A stretch of DNA of 27,597 nucleotides from a virus (lineage: Duplodnaviria; Caudoviricetes). The translations under genes were made by a program, and so were the position numbers. Shown here in pieces: positions 8,281 through 17,378 of the stretch. The first letter of the stretch is position 1, and each line of letters opens with the position of its first letter. The stretch is from the IMG/VR virus record IMGVR_UViG_3300048894_000144, positions 1 through 27,597 of that record, one strand, 5' to 3'. The notes beneath the pieces were generated by a model that saw nothing but the letters and a program-made list of their open reading frames with translations, did no database searches and had not been told where the DNA came from.

Positions 8281-8946
8281 TTAGCCGAACCTGCTGGTGG
8301 TGTCGGAGAAGCCGCCGCCACCTCCCATCAGCGCGTTGGTTCGGTTCTGGTAAAGTGAGTTGTTCATATAGCTGTTGGCCGCGTTGCCGATGCCCTGCGC
8401 CATGTTGCCGTAGATCGACGCGGTCGCCTGGCCCGCGCTCAGATCGGTCTGCGCGATGCCCTGCGCGGTGTTCTGGCTGGCCTGCGCGCTGCCCGAGGCC
8501 GCCCCTTCGCCAAGTTTCGAGAGATCGAACAGGCGGTTGTAGTACTGCCCGAACTCCTGATCAGCGAGGCCGGTGCCGAAGGTCTGCTCCGCCTTCAACG
8601 CGGCCCCGGAATGCAGCAGTCCCTTGGCCGCCGCGCCCGCGTCCACCGCGCGCATCCCCTGGTCAAACGACCACCCGTAGCCGGGCGATTGCTGAAAGTT
8701 GCCCATCGCCGTGGTGGCGGCGTCCGGCCCGTTCAGCCCGAGCAGGTCGGCGGTCGCGGTGTTGGCGGTTCCGCCCGTCGTCCGCCACGGCTCAAGGTCG
8801 CTGCGGGCCTGCGCCAGTCCGGCGGCCTGCGCGGCGTTGGCCTGGGATTGCGCCTTGTCGACCGCGCCCTTCTGCATGATCCCGCCGGCGATCCCGGCGG
8901 CGGCTGAAACCCCGGCGCCGACAAGGGCGGCTGTGGCGAACGGCAT
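8281..8946 (-). CDS. P22 gp7-like DNA ejection (pilot) protein
   Basis: Start at ATG 8946 with GGAGG RBS. Gly/Ala-rich N-terminus, LEPWRTTG, FQQSPGY and AAAKGLLHSGAALKA are characteristic of this family. Confidence 0.8.
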   Translation of the reverse strand: MPFATAALVGAGVSAAAGIAGGIMQKGAVDKAQSQANAAQAAGLAQARSDLEPWRTTGGTANTATADLLGLNGPDAATTAMGNFQQSPGYGWSFDQGMRAVDAGAAAKGLLHSGAALKAEQTFGTGLADQEFGQYYNRLFDLSKLGEGAASGSAQASQNTAQGIAQTDLSAGQATASIYGNMAQGIGNAANSYMNNSLYQNRTNALMGGGGGFSDTTSRFG

Positions 8947-8948
8947 GG

Positions 8949-9296
8949 TCAGTCCTCCATCACGAGATTGTGTTCCTCGGCGATCGGCGGCTCGCCGTCC
9001 GGATCGGCATGATCGGCGTTGTGCAGGCACATGAGACAAACCCCCGGCGTCAGCGTGAGAAACCGGTGCATTGTGTGCGCCGGAATCGAAATCATCGCCG
9101 GCGCGTGAAAGTCGCCCAGCAATTCGTCGTCGCGCCATGCCCGCACCGAACCGTTCGTCACGGCGGTGATGTGACCGAATCGGTGACCGTGCTGTGGGAG
9201 CAGGGTGCCGGCGTCCGGCACGGTGTATGCCTTCGCGTAGATGCCGGCGAACAGGGTGATCACCGTGGTGACGGGTTGATTGATCGCGCGTTTCAT
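8949..9296 (-). CDS. cupin-fold protein
   Basis: PQHGHRFGH...G...IPAHTMH cupin metal-binding His motifs. Start ATG 9296 with GAAAGGGA RBS. Confidence 0.75.
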   Translation of the reverse strand: MKRAINQPVTTVITLFAGIYAKAYTVPDAGTLLPQHGHRFGHITAVTNGSVRAWRDDELLGDFHAPAMISIPAHTMHRFLTLTPGVCLMCLHNADHADPDGEPPIAEEHNLVMED

Positions 9297-9405
9297 TGGA
9301 GCGAATCCCTTTCGCGTGGTATGCACGATGGACCGACGAAGTGTTGACGCACTTCGCCGGTCTCTGACCACCACGCCTCGGGAATGAGCGCGCGCCGGCT
9401 ACTCA

Positions 9406-9957
9406 TCACTCGACCCGCAGACTGACGATTAAAGTGACGCGGTCGCTGTCGCCGTTGTTCACGGTCGAGTGCGGTTTGAGATTGTCGAAAATCCATGCTT
9501 CCCCTTGCATCATCACAACGGTTTCATCGGCGCATGTATTGAAGCAATCCGCGTTGGTCGTGAGTGGAACATAGATTTTGGTGGTGAAGAATTCCGGATG
9601 CCAACGGCCTCGATCGTCGTGCGGGCGGACCTGTTTGCCGGGTCCGACGCGTGTGATCAGAACGCCACCCAATTGCACGGCCTCGCACCGCGCCATCAGG
9701 CCGAACACGATCGGGCGCAGATGCGGCAGTGCTGCCCACGCCGGGTAAAAGGCCGGGATGAACGGCTCGCCGAACGCCTCGGGCATCGTCAGGTCACCAT
9801 GGGCCCGGAAGCGAATCCAGATGTCGTCGACCTCCCGGTGCGGACTGTCGCCGCGCGTCCGGTCGGTGTGGCGGTTCCACAATTCCGGTTGCCGCGCGAG
9901 GTCCATCATCACGCCGAGCGTTTCGATGCCGGATGCGATTTTCAGGAAATGCCTCAT
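9406..9957 (-). CDS. Asp/Asn beta-hydroxylase-like 2OG-Fe(II) oxygenase
   Basis: Start ATG 9957, overlapping the upstream stop. PGKQVRPHDD (HxD), GEAWIFDN-x-KPHSTVNNGDSDRVTLIV (distal His and Arg). Confidence 0.85.
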   Translation of the reverse strand: MRHFLKIASGIETLGVMMDLARQPELWNRHTDRTRGDSPHREVDDIWIRFRAHGDLTMPEAFGEPFIPAFYPAWAALPHLRPIVFGLMARCEAVQLGGVLITRVGPGKQVRPHDDRGRWHPEFFTTKIYVPLTTNADCFNTCADETVVMMQGEAWIFDNLKPHSTVNNGDSDRVTLIVSLRVE

Positions 9958-10493
9958 CGCGCCCTCCGCGCCTCGATCCGGCCATAAGCCGTGGTCGTGC
10001 CCGACGAGAACCCGCACAGCGCGATCAGATACACCGTCGCGGGGGCGGACAGACTGAGGCGACACGTCGCCAGCGGCAGCACCTGGCCGGAGTTCGCCTG
10101 ATGGACGAATATCTGGGTCGTCCGCGACCCTATCCCCGGCACCGACGGCATGGCCCCGGCCGTGGTGGAGATGGCCGCCTCGCAGCTCCCGGTCGGCCCG
10201 GCACCGAGGTTGTACCACACCTCGCCGCGCACGTCCCAGTCGCCCGCCGTCAGCGACAGGCTGGTCACGTTGGTCGGGTTGTTGTTGCCGATTCCGGCCG
10301 GCGTGGCGACGACCGAGGACAGCCACTCGCCGATCTGCCCGGCGGCCGCATCCGAGCCGTCGGTGACGCCCATCGCCGCGTTCAGCCGATCCAGGCTGTC
10401 CGCCACCGCCTGGTTGTAGGCCGTCCAGGCGTGGCTGTGCTGGTCGCCCGCGTCAGTAAGCGGAGGATCGGCGATGGGTGGGGCGAGTGCCAT
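9954..10493 (-). CDS. tail needle/knob-like virion protein (gp26 position)
   Basis: Start ATG 10493 overlaps the gp10-like stop. Short helix followed by a beta-rich C-terminal domain (SLSLTAGDWDVRG). Call rests mainly on synteny. Confidence 0.55.
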   Translation of the reverse strand: MALAPPIADPPLTDAGDQHSHAWTAYNQAVADSLDRLNAAMGVTDGSDAAAGQIGEWLSSVVATPAGIGNNNPTNVTSLSLTAGDWDVRGEVWYNLGAGPTGSCEAAISTTAGAMPSVPGIGSRTTQIFVHQANSGQVLPLATCRLSLSAPATVYLIALCGFSSGTTTAYGRIEARRAR

Positions 10494-11974
10494 CAGGTGG
10501 CCCCCGGCGTGATCTCGGCGTCCAAAGCGTAGAGGGTCGTCCACCCCGCCGCCGTGATCCTGAACATGCGCTGGCGGAACGAGCCGAGGCGGGTGGTGTA
10601 GACGCGCTTGCGCGTTTCCTCCGACCGCCCGCTGTTCATCACCCGCGGGCCGCCGGTCCAGTTCCGCCCGCCGTCGTCCGACCACTCCAGCGTGATGTCG
10701 CCGGGCGAGAACGTGCCCCCGCACTCCATCTCCAGTTCGATCCGCGAGCAGAACGCGCGCACCGTGTTGGCCCAGAGCGGCGGCGTGATCACCTGCCGCT
10801 TCAGCGGCACGGACATGTCGGTCGACAGGTTTTCGACCGGCGACAGCAGATTGCCGGTCAACGAATCGCCGAAGATCGGCACCGCCTGGCCGGGGGCCGC
10901 GCAGTCGGGCCGCCAGCGTCCGGAGCCGTCCGCGTTGGAGCTTCGGTTGTGCCATTTGTCGGTCGCGATGTCGTAGACCAGCGTCTCGCTCGCCCATGTC
11001 ACGGCATAGTAATAATGCCCCTGATAGGCCCAGGACATCGAGACCATGACCTGATCGACGCCGTTGTCGCGGATGATCCGCTCGATGGCGTGCGTGGAAA
11101 CGCGTTTCGCCCGGTAGCCGACGGTTCGGTACACGATGCCATCGAAGCCGACCCAGAACAGCGAGTCGTCGGCCACCGCGACCGAGCGCGGCGCTTCCGT
11201 GCCGTGCTCGAGAATGCCGCCGGCCATGCGCCGGAACGGAAAGAACGATGTGCCGGGGGTCGTCTCCAGGCCGGATGAGCCGGCGTTATACCAGATCTCC
11301 ATCCCGCCGCGGCCAATGAACCAGAGGTTCGCGCCGATGCGTTTCGTGAGCACGAGGTCGGTGCTGAACGCCTCCAGAGACGCGAAGTCGAGCGCGTCGT
11401 AGTCGCTCGGGTCCTCCAGCCGCGAGATGAAGAACGTCGTCCCGGCGGTGGCGTTGTTGAAGACGAAATAGCCCTGGAAAAAGCTGACCGATCCGGCGCC
11501 GCCCTCGGGGAACGTGCCGCCGATCTGGTTCACCGCCAGATCGCCATGCGCGCACGTGAACGCGTTGGGCGGCACCACCACGACGACGGCGATGGTGCTG
11601 ACGGCGATCGTGACCATCAAAGTGAAATTATACGGGCCGGTGGGAATGCCGACATCGCCGAGATCCTGCACCACGACGCCGCCGCCGACGACGGTGACGC
11701 GATAAAAACGGCTGCCGGAAACGGCGTAAATGAAGCCGGGGAACTCGGTGTTGAGCGCCCGCACCGGCCCGTCGCCCAGAGCAAACGGCAGCGCCACGCC
11801 GAGCCCGGCGGTGGGGATCAGCACGACCGGCGTCCGCGCGTCGGCCGGCGCCGCCTCCGCCATCAGGTTCATCAGCAGCTTGGACGACAGCGGCAGGGAA
11901 TCGTGCCGGTAGCTTTCCGTCGTGAACGGAATCCGCTGCATCCCGGTTTTCGGTGCGAGGGCTGTCTCGGACAT
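10493..11974 (-). CDS. P22 gp10-like tail hub / packaged-DNA stabilization protein
   Basis: Start ATG 11974. EIWYNAG, DDSLFWVG, RVSTHAIE, YDIATDKWH, LEWSDDGGRNW and TRLGSFRQRMFRI motifs. Confidence 0.85.
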   Translation of the reverse strand: MSETALAPKTGMQRIPFTTESYRHDSLPLSSKLLMNLMAEAAPADARTPVVLIPTAGLGVALPFALGDGPVRALNTEFPGFIYAVSGSRFYRVTVVGGGVVVQDLGDVGIPTGPYNFTLMVTIAVSTIAVVVVVPPNAFTCAHGDLAVNQIGGTFPEGGAGSVSFFQGYFVFNNATAGTTFFISRLEDPSDYDALDFASLEAFSTDLVLTKRIGANLWFIGRGGMEIWYNAGSSGLETTPGTSFFPFRRMAGGILEHGTEAPRSVAVADDSLFWVGFDGIVYRTVGYRAKRVSTHAIERIIRDNGVDQVMVSMSWAYQGHYYYAVTWASETLVYDIATDKWHNRSSNADGSGRWRPDCAAPGQAVPIFGDSLTGNLLSPVENLSTDMSVPLKRQVITPPLWANTVRAFCSRIELEMECGGTFSPGDITLEWSDDGGRNWTGGPRVMNSGRSEETRKRVYTTRLGSFRQRMFRITAAGWTTLYALDAEITPGAT

Positions 11975-11976
11975 CG

Positions 11977-13746
11977 TCAGTTCCCGACCACGTTCCAGGC
12001 GCCGCCGTTCCACAGCAGGCGGTGACAGAACCATGCCGCGCTGTAGAGCGGGTTGGCCACGCCATCGACGGTACCGACCACCTGCGTGCCGTTCACGGCC
12101 GCATCGCCTTTGCCGTCCTTGATCGTGACGATGTAACCGGGCGGAACGTTCGCCGGCAGGATTATCTGGGTGCCCTCGGCCACCAACTTGTTGACGACGA
12201 TCACGTCTTCGTTGCCGAGCATGTGATAATTGCCCGCCGCCGAAACGACGACGACGTTCTCCCGCGCGAGGCCGTTGATGGTCCCGGCCGCGCCGCCGCC
12301 GACGATGATGTTGTTCACGGCGACATTCGAGCCGGGCGCGCCAACCAAATAAAAGTCGCGGTAACAATAACTCGGCGTGTCGATCGCGTTGACCGAACCG
12401 CCGGCGAGGTTGCCGGTGGCGACGACGTGCGAACAGTTCGCCGCGAAGTAGACGGCCGCGCAAAACGCCAGATCGGCGCCCGCCGTGACCTGGCGCGCGT
12501 TGTAGGACGTGATGGAGTTGCCGGAGATCGTGCCGCCTCGGGCATGATACAGCATGATCGCGGAGCCGACCGTCGCGGCGAAGGTGTTGCCGGTGATCGC
12601 GAAATTCGTCAGCACCGGGGCGACGCCGCCCGCGATGTTCTGCGCCACGATGCCGTTCTGTGTCTGCAGCTCGCCGTTGAACACGTTACCGCTGATCGTC
12701 ACGGCCGTGACCGCCGTCCCGTCCGCCTGTGCGTTGAACGTGATCATCGCCCCCGTTCGGCCGGCGCCGTCAAAGAAGTTACCGGTGAAACGCCAGTCGA
12801 GATTGACCGAGCCGGCCATCGGATCGCTGATCACGTTCGCGCCGGCGTTGCCGCCGAAATAGCTGTTGGCGACGATCAGGTCCTCACACTGGATGATCTG
12901 GACGGCATATTGGTTGCCGCAGTTCTGCGTGATCGAGAACGTGTGCGCGCCGGTGTCGGCGGAGGTGAAGGTGACGTTGCGCGGGCCGTTGCCCGAGCCG
13001 CCGAAATAGCAATGCTCAACCGCGATGATCTGCGTGTAAGCCACGCCGCCGACCTGGATGGCGGCGATGCCCTCTTGCGCCGCCACGTAGTTCGGGTCCC
13101 AGGTTCCCTGGATGTTGCAGCGATGCACCTTGACCAGCGCGCCGGCGTCGATCGCGATCTGATACGGGAGCCGCCAGATCCAGCAATCCTCGACGACGAC
13201 GCCTTGCGCGTTCTGAAAGCGAAGATGCGCCGAGTTGGAGGTGACACGGTTGGGCAACGACGTGTCGGTGAGGCCGTACATCGTCGAATGCGTGAACCAC
13301 AGGTTCCTGACCGCCACGCCCCAGGCCTGGGCGAATTTCAGCGTGTCGCCATGGTCCGTGACCCGATGCAGCGTCGAATTGTTCGGCCCCTCGCCGAGGA
13401 TCTGCTGCCCGGTCAGCGCGTTCAGCGTCGCCGAAACGAGATACGTGCCGGTCGGGAACAGCACGGTCCCGCCGGCCCCGGCGGCATTGATGGCGGCCTG
13501 GCAGGCGGCGGTATCGTCCGTCACGCCGTCGCCTTTGGCGCCGAAGTCGCGGACGTTGAATGGCAGGTGGAGGGCGTCGAAGTCGGCCTGGGTGACGAAC
13601 GAGGCGGCCATGTAATCGCGCAGCGCCAGCGCGTTGAACCGGCCGGAGCCGGCCCGCTCGCCCACCACCGAGGACGTGTCGGTGACCGCGCCGAGGTCCG
13701 GCATGTCGGTGATGCGGACGCCGGTGTAGGTGGTGGTCATGCTCAT
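11977..13746 (-). CDS. tailspike with right-handed beta-helix (pectate-lyase-3-like depolymerase)
   Basis: FNVRDFGAKGDGVTDDTAACQAAINAA...VLFPTGTYLV followed by Asn/Gly beta-helix repeats (ITGNTF, ISGNSI). Confidence 0.85.
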   Translation of the reverse strand: MSMTTTYTGVRITDMPDLGAVTDTSSVVGERAGSGRFNALALRDYMAASFVTQADFDALHLPFNVRDFGAKGDGVTDDTAACQAAINAAGAGGTVLFPTGTYLVSATLNALTGQQILGEGPNNSTLHRVTDHGDTLKFAQAWGVAVRNLWFTHSTMYGLTDTSLPNRVTSNSAHLRFQNAQGVVVEDCWIWRLPYQIAIDAGALVKVHRCNIQGTWDPNYVAAQEGIAAIQVGGVAYTQIIAVEHCYFGGSGNGPRNVTFTSADTGAHTFSITQNCGNQYAVQIIQCEDLIVANSYFGGNAGANVISDPMAGSVNLDWRFTGNFFDGAGRTGAMITFNAQADGTAVTAVTISGNVFNGELQTQNGIVAQNIAGGVAPVLTNFAITGNTFAATVGSAIMLYHARGGTISGNSITSYNARQVTAGADLAFCAAVYFAANCSHVVATGNLAGGSVNAIDTPSYCYRDFYLVGAPGSNVAVNNIIVGGGAAGTINGLARENVVVVSAAGNYHMLGNEDVIVVNKLVAEGTQIILPANVPPGYIVTIKDGKGDAAVNGTQVVGTVDGVANPLYSAAWFCHRLLWNGGAWNVVGN

Positions 13747-15491
13747 GCCGTCACACTTTCAATGAAGGGCCACGCCCAGAGATCGATGCTCTTGGCGGCC
13801 CCATTGTAACCATTGGGAAACAACACCGACGGCGGCCCTTGCATGACGAGATTGCCGCCGATACCGGCGCAGGGACCCGGAACGGGGCCACCAGGCCCTC
13901 GGTGCGCGTAGGAAACTTCAAGCACATCGCCAGGCGAGAGCGTTTCACTCACGGTCAGAACGACGTTGAGGCCATTTATGACCGGCACGATGGTCAGGTT
14001 CGTCGTGCCGCGCCGCGCGTTGAAGCCCTGATTGGGCCAGACCTTGATCCCGTCGTCGGGATTGCTTTGCCATGTCATCGGCGTCGCCGCGAAGTCAGGC
14101 GCGTTCGGCCGCGCGAAGGGGATGGTGATCGCCTGCCCCGCCACGGTGATCGGCGTATCGAACGCACGCCAGAGCGGCGTGAACGCGATGCCCTTGTCCT
14201 GCACCAGATGACGCACGTAACCCTCGACCTCGCCGTGCCGGATCGACCCATATTCACCGGTGTGGATGTCGCCGAGCGGCGTGCCGCTGGCATCAGTGTC
14301 GAACGGCCATTGATGCCACGTCGTCGAGGCGAACACGCGGCCTGAGTAAGTTCCGCCGCGACCCGGCGCATGGGTCCGCAGCCACGTATACGTCCCGCGC
14401 CAGCCATCGAGTTCAACCGTGCTTTCGCTTGGCGACGCGGGATAGCCGAAATAGACGGTCAGCGGGCCACCCGGCAACGCGAGTGAGTCGAGATAGACCA
14501 TCATCGCGGTCAGGTCGGCTTCTTTCGACGCCAGTTGATGGTCAGTGCTGTCGGCCTGGGTGTAGCCCATCGAAACGTAACGGGGGGCGAGGTATTTTCC
14601 GGTCGGGAACATCGTCGCGATCGCGGCGGCGATCGTGTTGAACGATTGCCAGCACGAACTGATCGTGGTCATCGCCGCGCTGGCGACGTTCTGCGGCGGT
14701 CCGACCGAGACGTTGTAATTACCGACGCCGCCCGCCGTGCCGGATGCCTGCGAGGCCACCCGCAAACCGGCGGTGACGAAGGGGCCGCTGACAATCTCGC
14801 CCACGCTGATCGTTCCGGAGATCATCTGCGAAACGGACATCACGCAGCCTGACAGCGAGGCCAGGAAAACCGCCCCCGGCGTGGACATTTGAATGGTACT
14901 CGCAGCCGATGGCGGCACGCCAACATTGTAGGTTCCGGCGCCACCCGTGCCGGTTGACGTGATCAGCGTGCGCGACGCCACGCCTGGGCCTTGCAGTGTT
15001 TGTTGCGAGACAATAACGCCAGTGACCGGCGCGGAAACGGTCAGGACATCGTTCGCGATAACGCCGGTGAAACTCGCGCCCGGCGCCAGACCGCCGCCTG
15101 ATCCGCTGGTCCATGTGGAAGCGGGGAACGCGAAGCAGAACTCGAGGATCGGCGGGACCGCCGTCGCCGTGACCTCGCGGGAACGCAAAATTTCGTTCGC
15201 CTGCACCGCGCAGCGTCCAATCGCCACTGAGTCACCTGGCCGGTAGGTCGTCACGCCATCCGGTGTCGATGGCAGGAAAATCCCCGCGCCGTTCGGCAAC
15301 CGATCCGGCTGGCCTTGCTGGTTGCGTGGAATATGCAGCGCCAGCAACGCGGCGGGTTGAACATTCAGGCCGTTACCGCCGAAGTCGGGCCACGAGTTCG
15401 AGCGCCACGACTGGCCGAAACTCAGATGAATGTCGGGCGTGCGCGGCGGCGTGTAATCCGGCACGGCGCGCATGAGGTAAGTGCTGAGCAC
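13743..15491 (-). CDS. tail-associated SGNH-like (O-acetylesterase-like) protein with two inserted beta-repeats
   Basis: Likely GTG start at 15491 (TAGTG overlap). FGQSW, YTQADST and GDIH resemble SGNH blocks I, III and V. Confidence 0.55.
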   Translation of the reverse strand: MLSTYLMRAVPDYTPPRTPDIHLSFGQSWRSNSWPDFGGNGLNVQPAALLALHIPRNQQGQPDRLPNGAGIFLPSTPDGVTTYRPGDSVAIGRCAVQANEILRSREVTATAVPPILEFCFAFPASTWTSGSGGGLAPGASFTGVIANDVLTVSAPVTGVIVSQQTLQGPGVASRTLITSTGTGGAGTYNVGVPPSAASTIQMSTPGAVFLASLSGCVMSVSQMISGTISVGEIVSGPFVTAGLRVASQASGTAGGVGNYNVSVGPPQNVASAAMTTISSCWQSFNTIAAAIATMFPTGKYLAPRYVSMGYTQADSTDHQLASKEADLTAMMVYLDSLALPGGPLTVYFGYPASPSESTVELDGWRGTYTWLRTHAPGRGGTYSGRVFASTTWHQWPFDTDASGTPLGDIHTGEYGSIRHGEVEGYVRHLVQDKGIAFTPLWRAFDTPITVAGQAITIPFARPNAPDFAATPMTWQSNPDDGIKVWPNQGFNARRGTTNLTIVPVINGLNVVLTVSETLSPGDVLEVSYAHRGPGGPVPGPCAGIGGNLVMQGPPSVLFPNGYNGAAKSIDLWAWPFIESVTA

Positions 15492-16246
15492 TAGAACCTG
15501 ACCCTGACCCAACCAGCCGTTCCGGCGCCACCGGCGAAGTTGGTCCCGCCCCCACCGCCGCCGGCGCCGAAACCAATGGTCGCCGCGCCGCCCGCCGATG
15601 GCGATGTGCCGCCGCCGCCATTGGCGCCGCGCCCCCAGCCGCTGGCCGCGCCGGAGCCGCCTGCCGCGCTGCCGGTCCCGGCGGTGCCTTGTGCGAAAGC
15701 CGCGACGGAGTTGCCGCTGCCGGCATTGCCGGCGGTATTGCCACCACCGCCACCGCCGGCGCCCGCGATGATGAACGGGCTGCGAAACGTTGGCGCCGCA
15801 CCAGCCGCGCCAGCCGCGCCGCCCGCGCCGTTGCCGACCGCCCCGCCGGAAATGCCACCGCCCGCGCCGCCAGCGCCGCCGACGTTCGCCGCGCCGGGAT
15901 TGCCACCCTTGCCGCCGCCGAGCAGCAGATCAGGCGACAGCGTGCCACTGATGACGGTATCGCCGCCCGCCCCACCCGCGGTCGCGATGGCGCCGCCTGT
16001 CCCAGCCGCGCCGACGGTAATCGTCACGGATGAACCGGGCGCGACCGATAGCGGATATCCGGTCGCGCTGGTGCCTGATCCGCCGCCGCCGCCCCCGGCT
16101 GACGCGGCGGCCTGTCCGCCACCGCCCCCGCCGCCGCCGCCGACTCCGTCGATAAAGACACATGACACACCACCGGGCACGATCCACGTCGCGGTGCTGG
16201 TGAAATCAATCGCGGTCTGGCGTGGGGTGGAATACGAGAGTGGCAT
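15491..16246 (-). CDS. glycine-rich tail fibre-associated protein
   Basis: Start ATG 16246 overlapping the upstream stop. FTSTATWIVPGGV...GGGGGGGG...VTITVGAAG...GAGTAGWVRVRF is a typical phage Gly-rich domain. Confidence 0.8.
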   Translation of the reverse strand: MPLSYSTPRQTAIDFTSTATWIVPGGVSCVFIDGVGGGGGGGGGQAAASAGGGGGGSGTSATGYPLSVAPGSSVTITVGAAGTGGAIATAGGAGGDTVISGTLSPDLLLGGGKGGNPGAANVGGAGGAGGGISGGAVGNGAGGAAGAAGAAPTFRSPFIIAGAGGGGGGNTAGNAGSGNSVAAFAQGTAGTGSAAGGSGAASGWGRGANGGGGTSPSAGGAATIGFGAGGGGGGTNFAGGAGTAGWVRVRF

Positions 16247-17157
16247 TACCACTCCTTCGCGACGAAGGCGGCGGCGGTTGTCGTGCCGAACAGCGAAATC
16301 GCCGCGACCGAGGCACCGTTGTATTCGCTTTCGTAATAAGACCCCGGCGGCAGGTAAACGGAACTCGCGGACGCGGGATCGGCGGCGGCGCCGAGATCGT
16401 TGAACCACATATCGGTCGTCGATTTGTTCTGAAATGACCAGCCGATCCGCGCCGGATTGGCCGCCATCAGCACCTGCGCCTGACCGCCAAGAGCGATCGC
16501 GCCTGACCTGTCTGTTTTCGCCACGCCGGTTTCTCCAGGGTCAGGTGGTGTCGGCTCCGGCGGTGTGGAAAACGGCGTTCCCGACCCGTCGATGAAGCCG
16601 GCGAGGAAGATCGCGTTCACGTCCGGATCGGTGAGCACGGCCGGGTTCGAATCGGTCAGCATGATCGTGGGCGTGATCGCCCGCGAAACCATCGGGCGGA
16701 CGTGCAGATGGCCCTCGGCGAGCAGCTCGGCCTCACCGCCGCCCTCGGCATCGAAGAACACCGCCCACCGGCAGCGCCGCGGCCAGCCGCCCATGGTGCC
16801 GGCGGGAACGACGATGGCGAACGTGCCCGTCGCGGCATCAACGATCGTGCCCACGCCGGTCCAGAGCGTGGTGGCGGGTCCGGCGATGCCGCCGCCATAC
16901 CAACCCCAGCCGTAATCCTGGCAGCCGCCCCAGCCGTCCCAGCCGCGGCCGCGCGAGCCGTCGGGCCAGACGAACATCGAGACGGCCGGCCCGCCGATCC
17001 CGCCCGTGAGTTCGATCGGGGCCGCGTCCGGGCTGTCGCGATCGACGACGGAGACCAGCAGCGTCACGCTGTCGGTGCCGCCGAGGGCGAGGTCGCGGAC
17101 TGGCATCCGCACCGGCGAGACGCGATCGAGCGGCAGGGTGAGCGCGAGGGTGGTCAT
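16246..17157 (-). CDS. tail/adaptor structural protein (two beta-sandwich-like domains with Pro linker)
   Basis: BppU-like N-terminal pattern (SVTLLVSVVD...PIELTG), PPEPTPPDP linker, C-terminal AANPARIGWSFQN domain. Coupled in the operon. Confidence 0.6.
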   Translation of the reverse strand: MTTLALTLPLDRVSPVRMPVRDLALGGTDSVTLLVSVVDRDSPDAAPIELTGGIGGPAVSMFVWPDGSRGRGWDGWGGCQDYGWGWYGGGIAGPATTLWTGVGTIVDAATGTFAIVVPAGTMGGWPRRCRWAVFFDAEGGGEAELLAEGHLHVRPMVSRAITPTIMLTDSNPAVLTDPDVNAIFLAGFIDGSGTPFSTPPEPTPPDPGETGVAKTDRSGAIALGGQAQVLMAANPARIGWSFQNKSTTDMWFNDLGAAADPASASSVYLPPGSYYESEYNGASVAAISLFGTTTAAAFVAKEW

Positions 17158-17378
17158 CCGCCGGACATGATCCGCCGCAGGCGCACGATCTCGGCGCGCA
17201 ATACGATCTCGCGGTTGATCGCGTCGTTGAGCATCTGTTGCAGCGCCTCCATTTCAGGCGGCGGCATCAGCGGCTGTTCACGGGTCGTCATTTGCTCCCT
17301 CAACCGCTGTTCGCGGTCCAACACGTTCGGATCGTAATCGACGGAGTCCATGCCGCTGTCTCTCCAGTTCCAGATCAT
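17154..17378 (-). CDS. small coiled-coil protein (possible tail fibre chaperone)
   Basis: ATGA overlaps at both ends, heptad-like C-terminus, directly downstream of the fibre gene. Confidence 0.55.
   Translation of the reverse strand: MIWNWRDSGMDSVDYDPNVLDREQRLREQMTTREQPLMPPPEMEALQQMLNDAINREIVLRAEIVRLRRIMSGG

Noticed and set aside
9297-9410. Hammerhead ribozyme (TGATGAG...GAAA on the - strand)
   Set aside because: Lacks the C of CUGAUGA, and the stem order does not fit the hammerhead core.
15491-16150. GCC/CCG-rich low-complexity tracts as a second repeat array
   Set aside because: The 3-nt periodicity is explained by poly-Gly coding.
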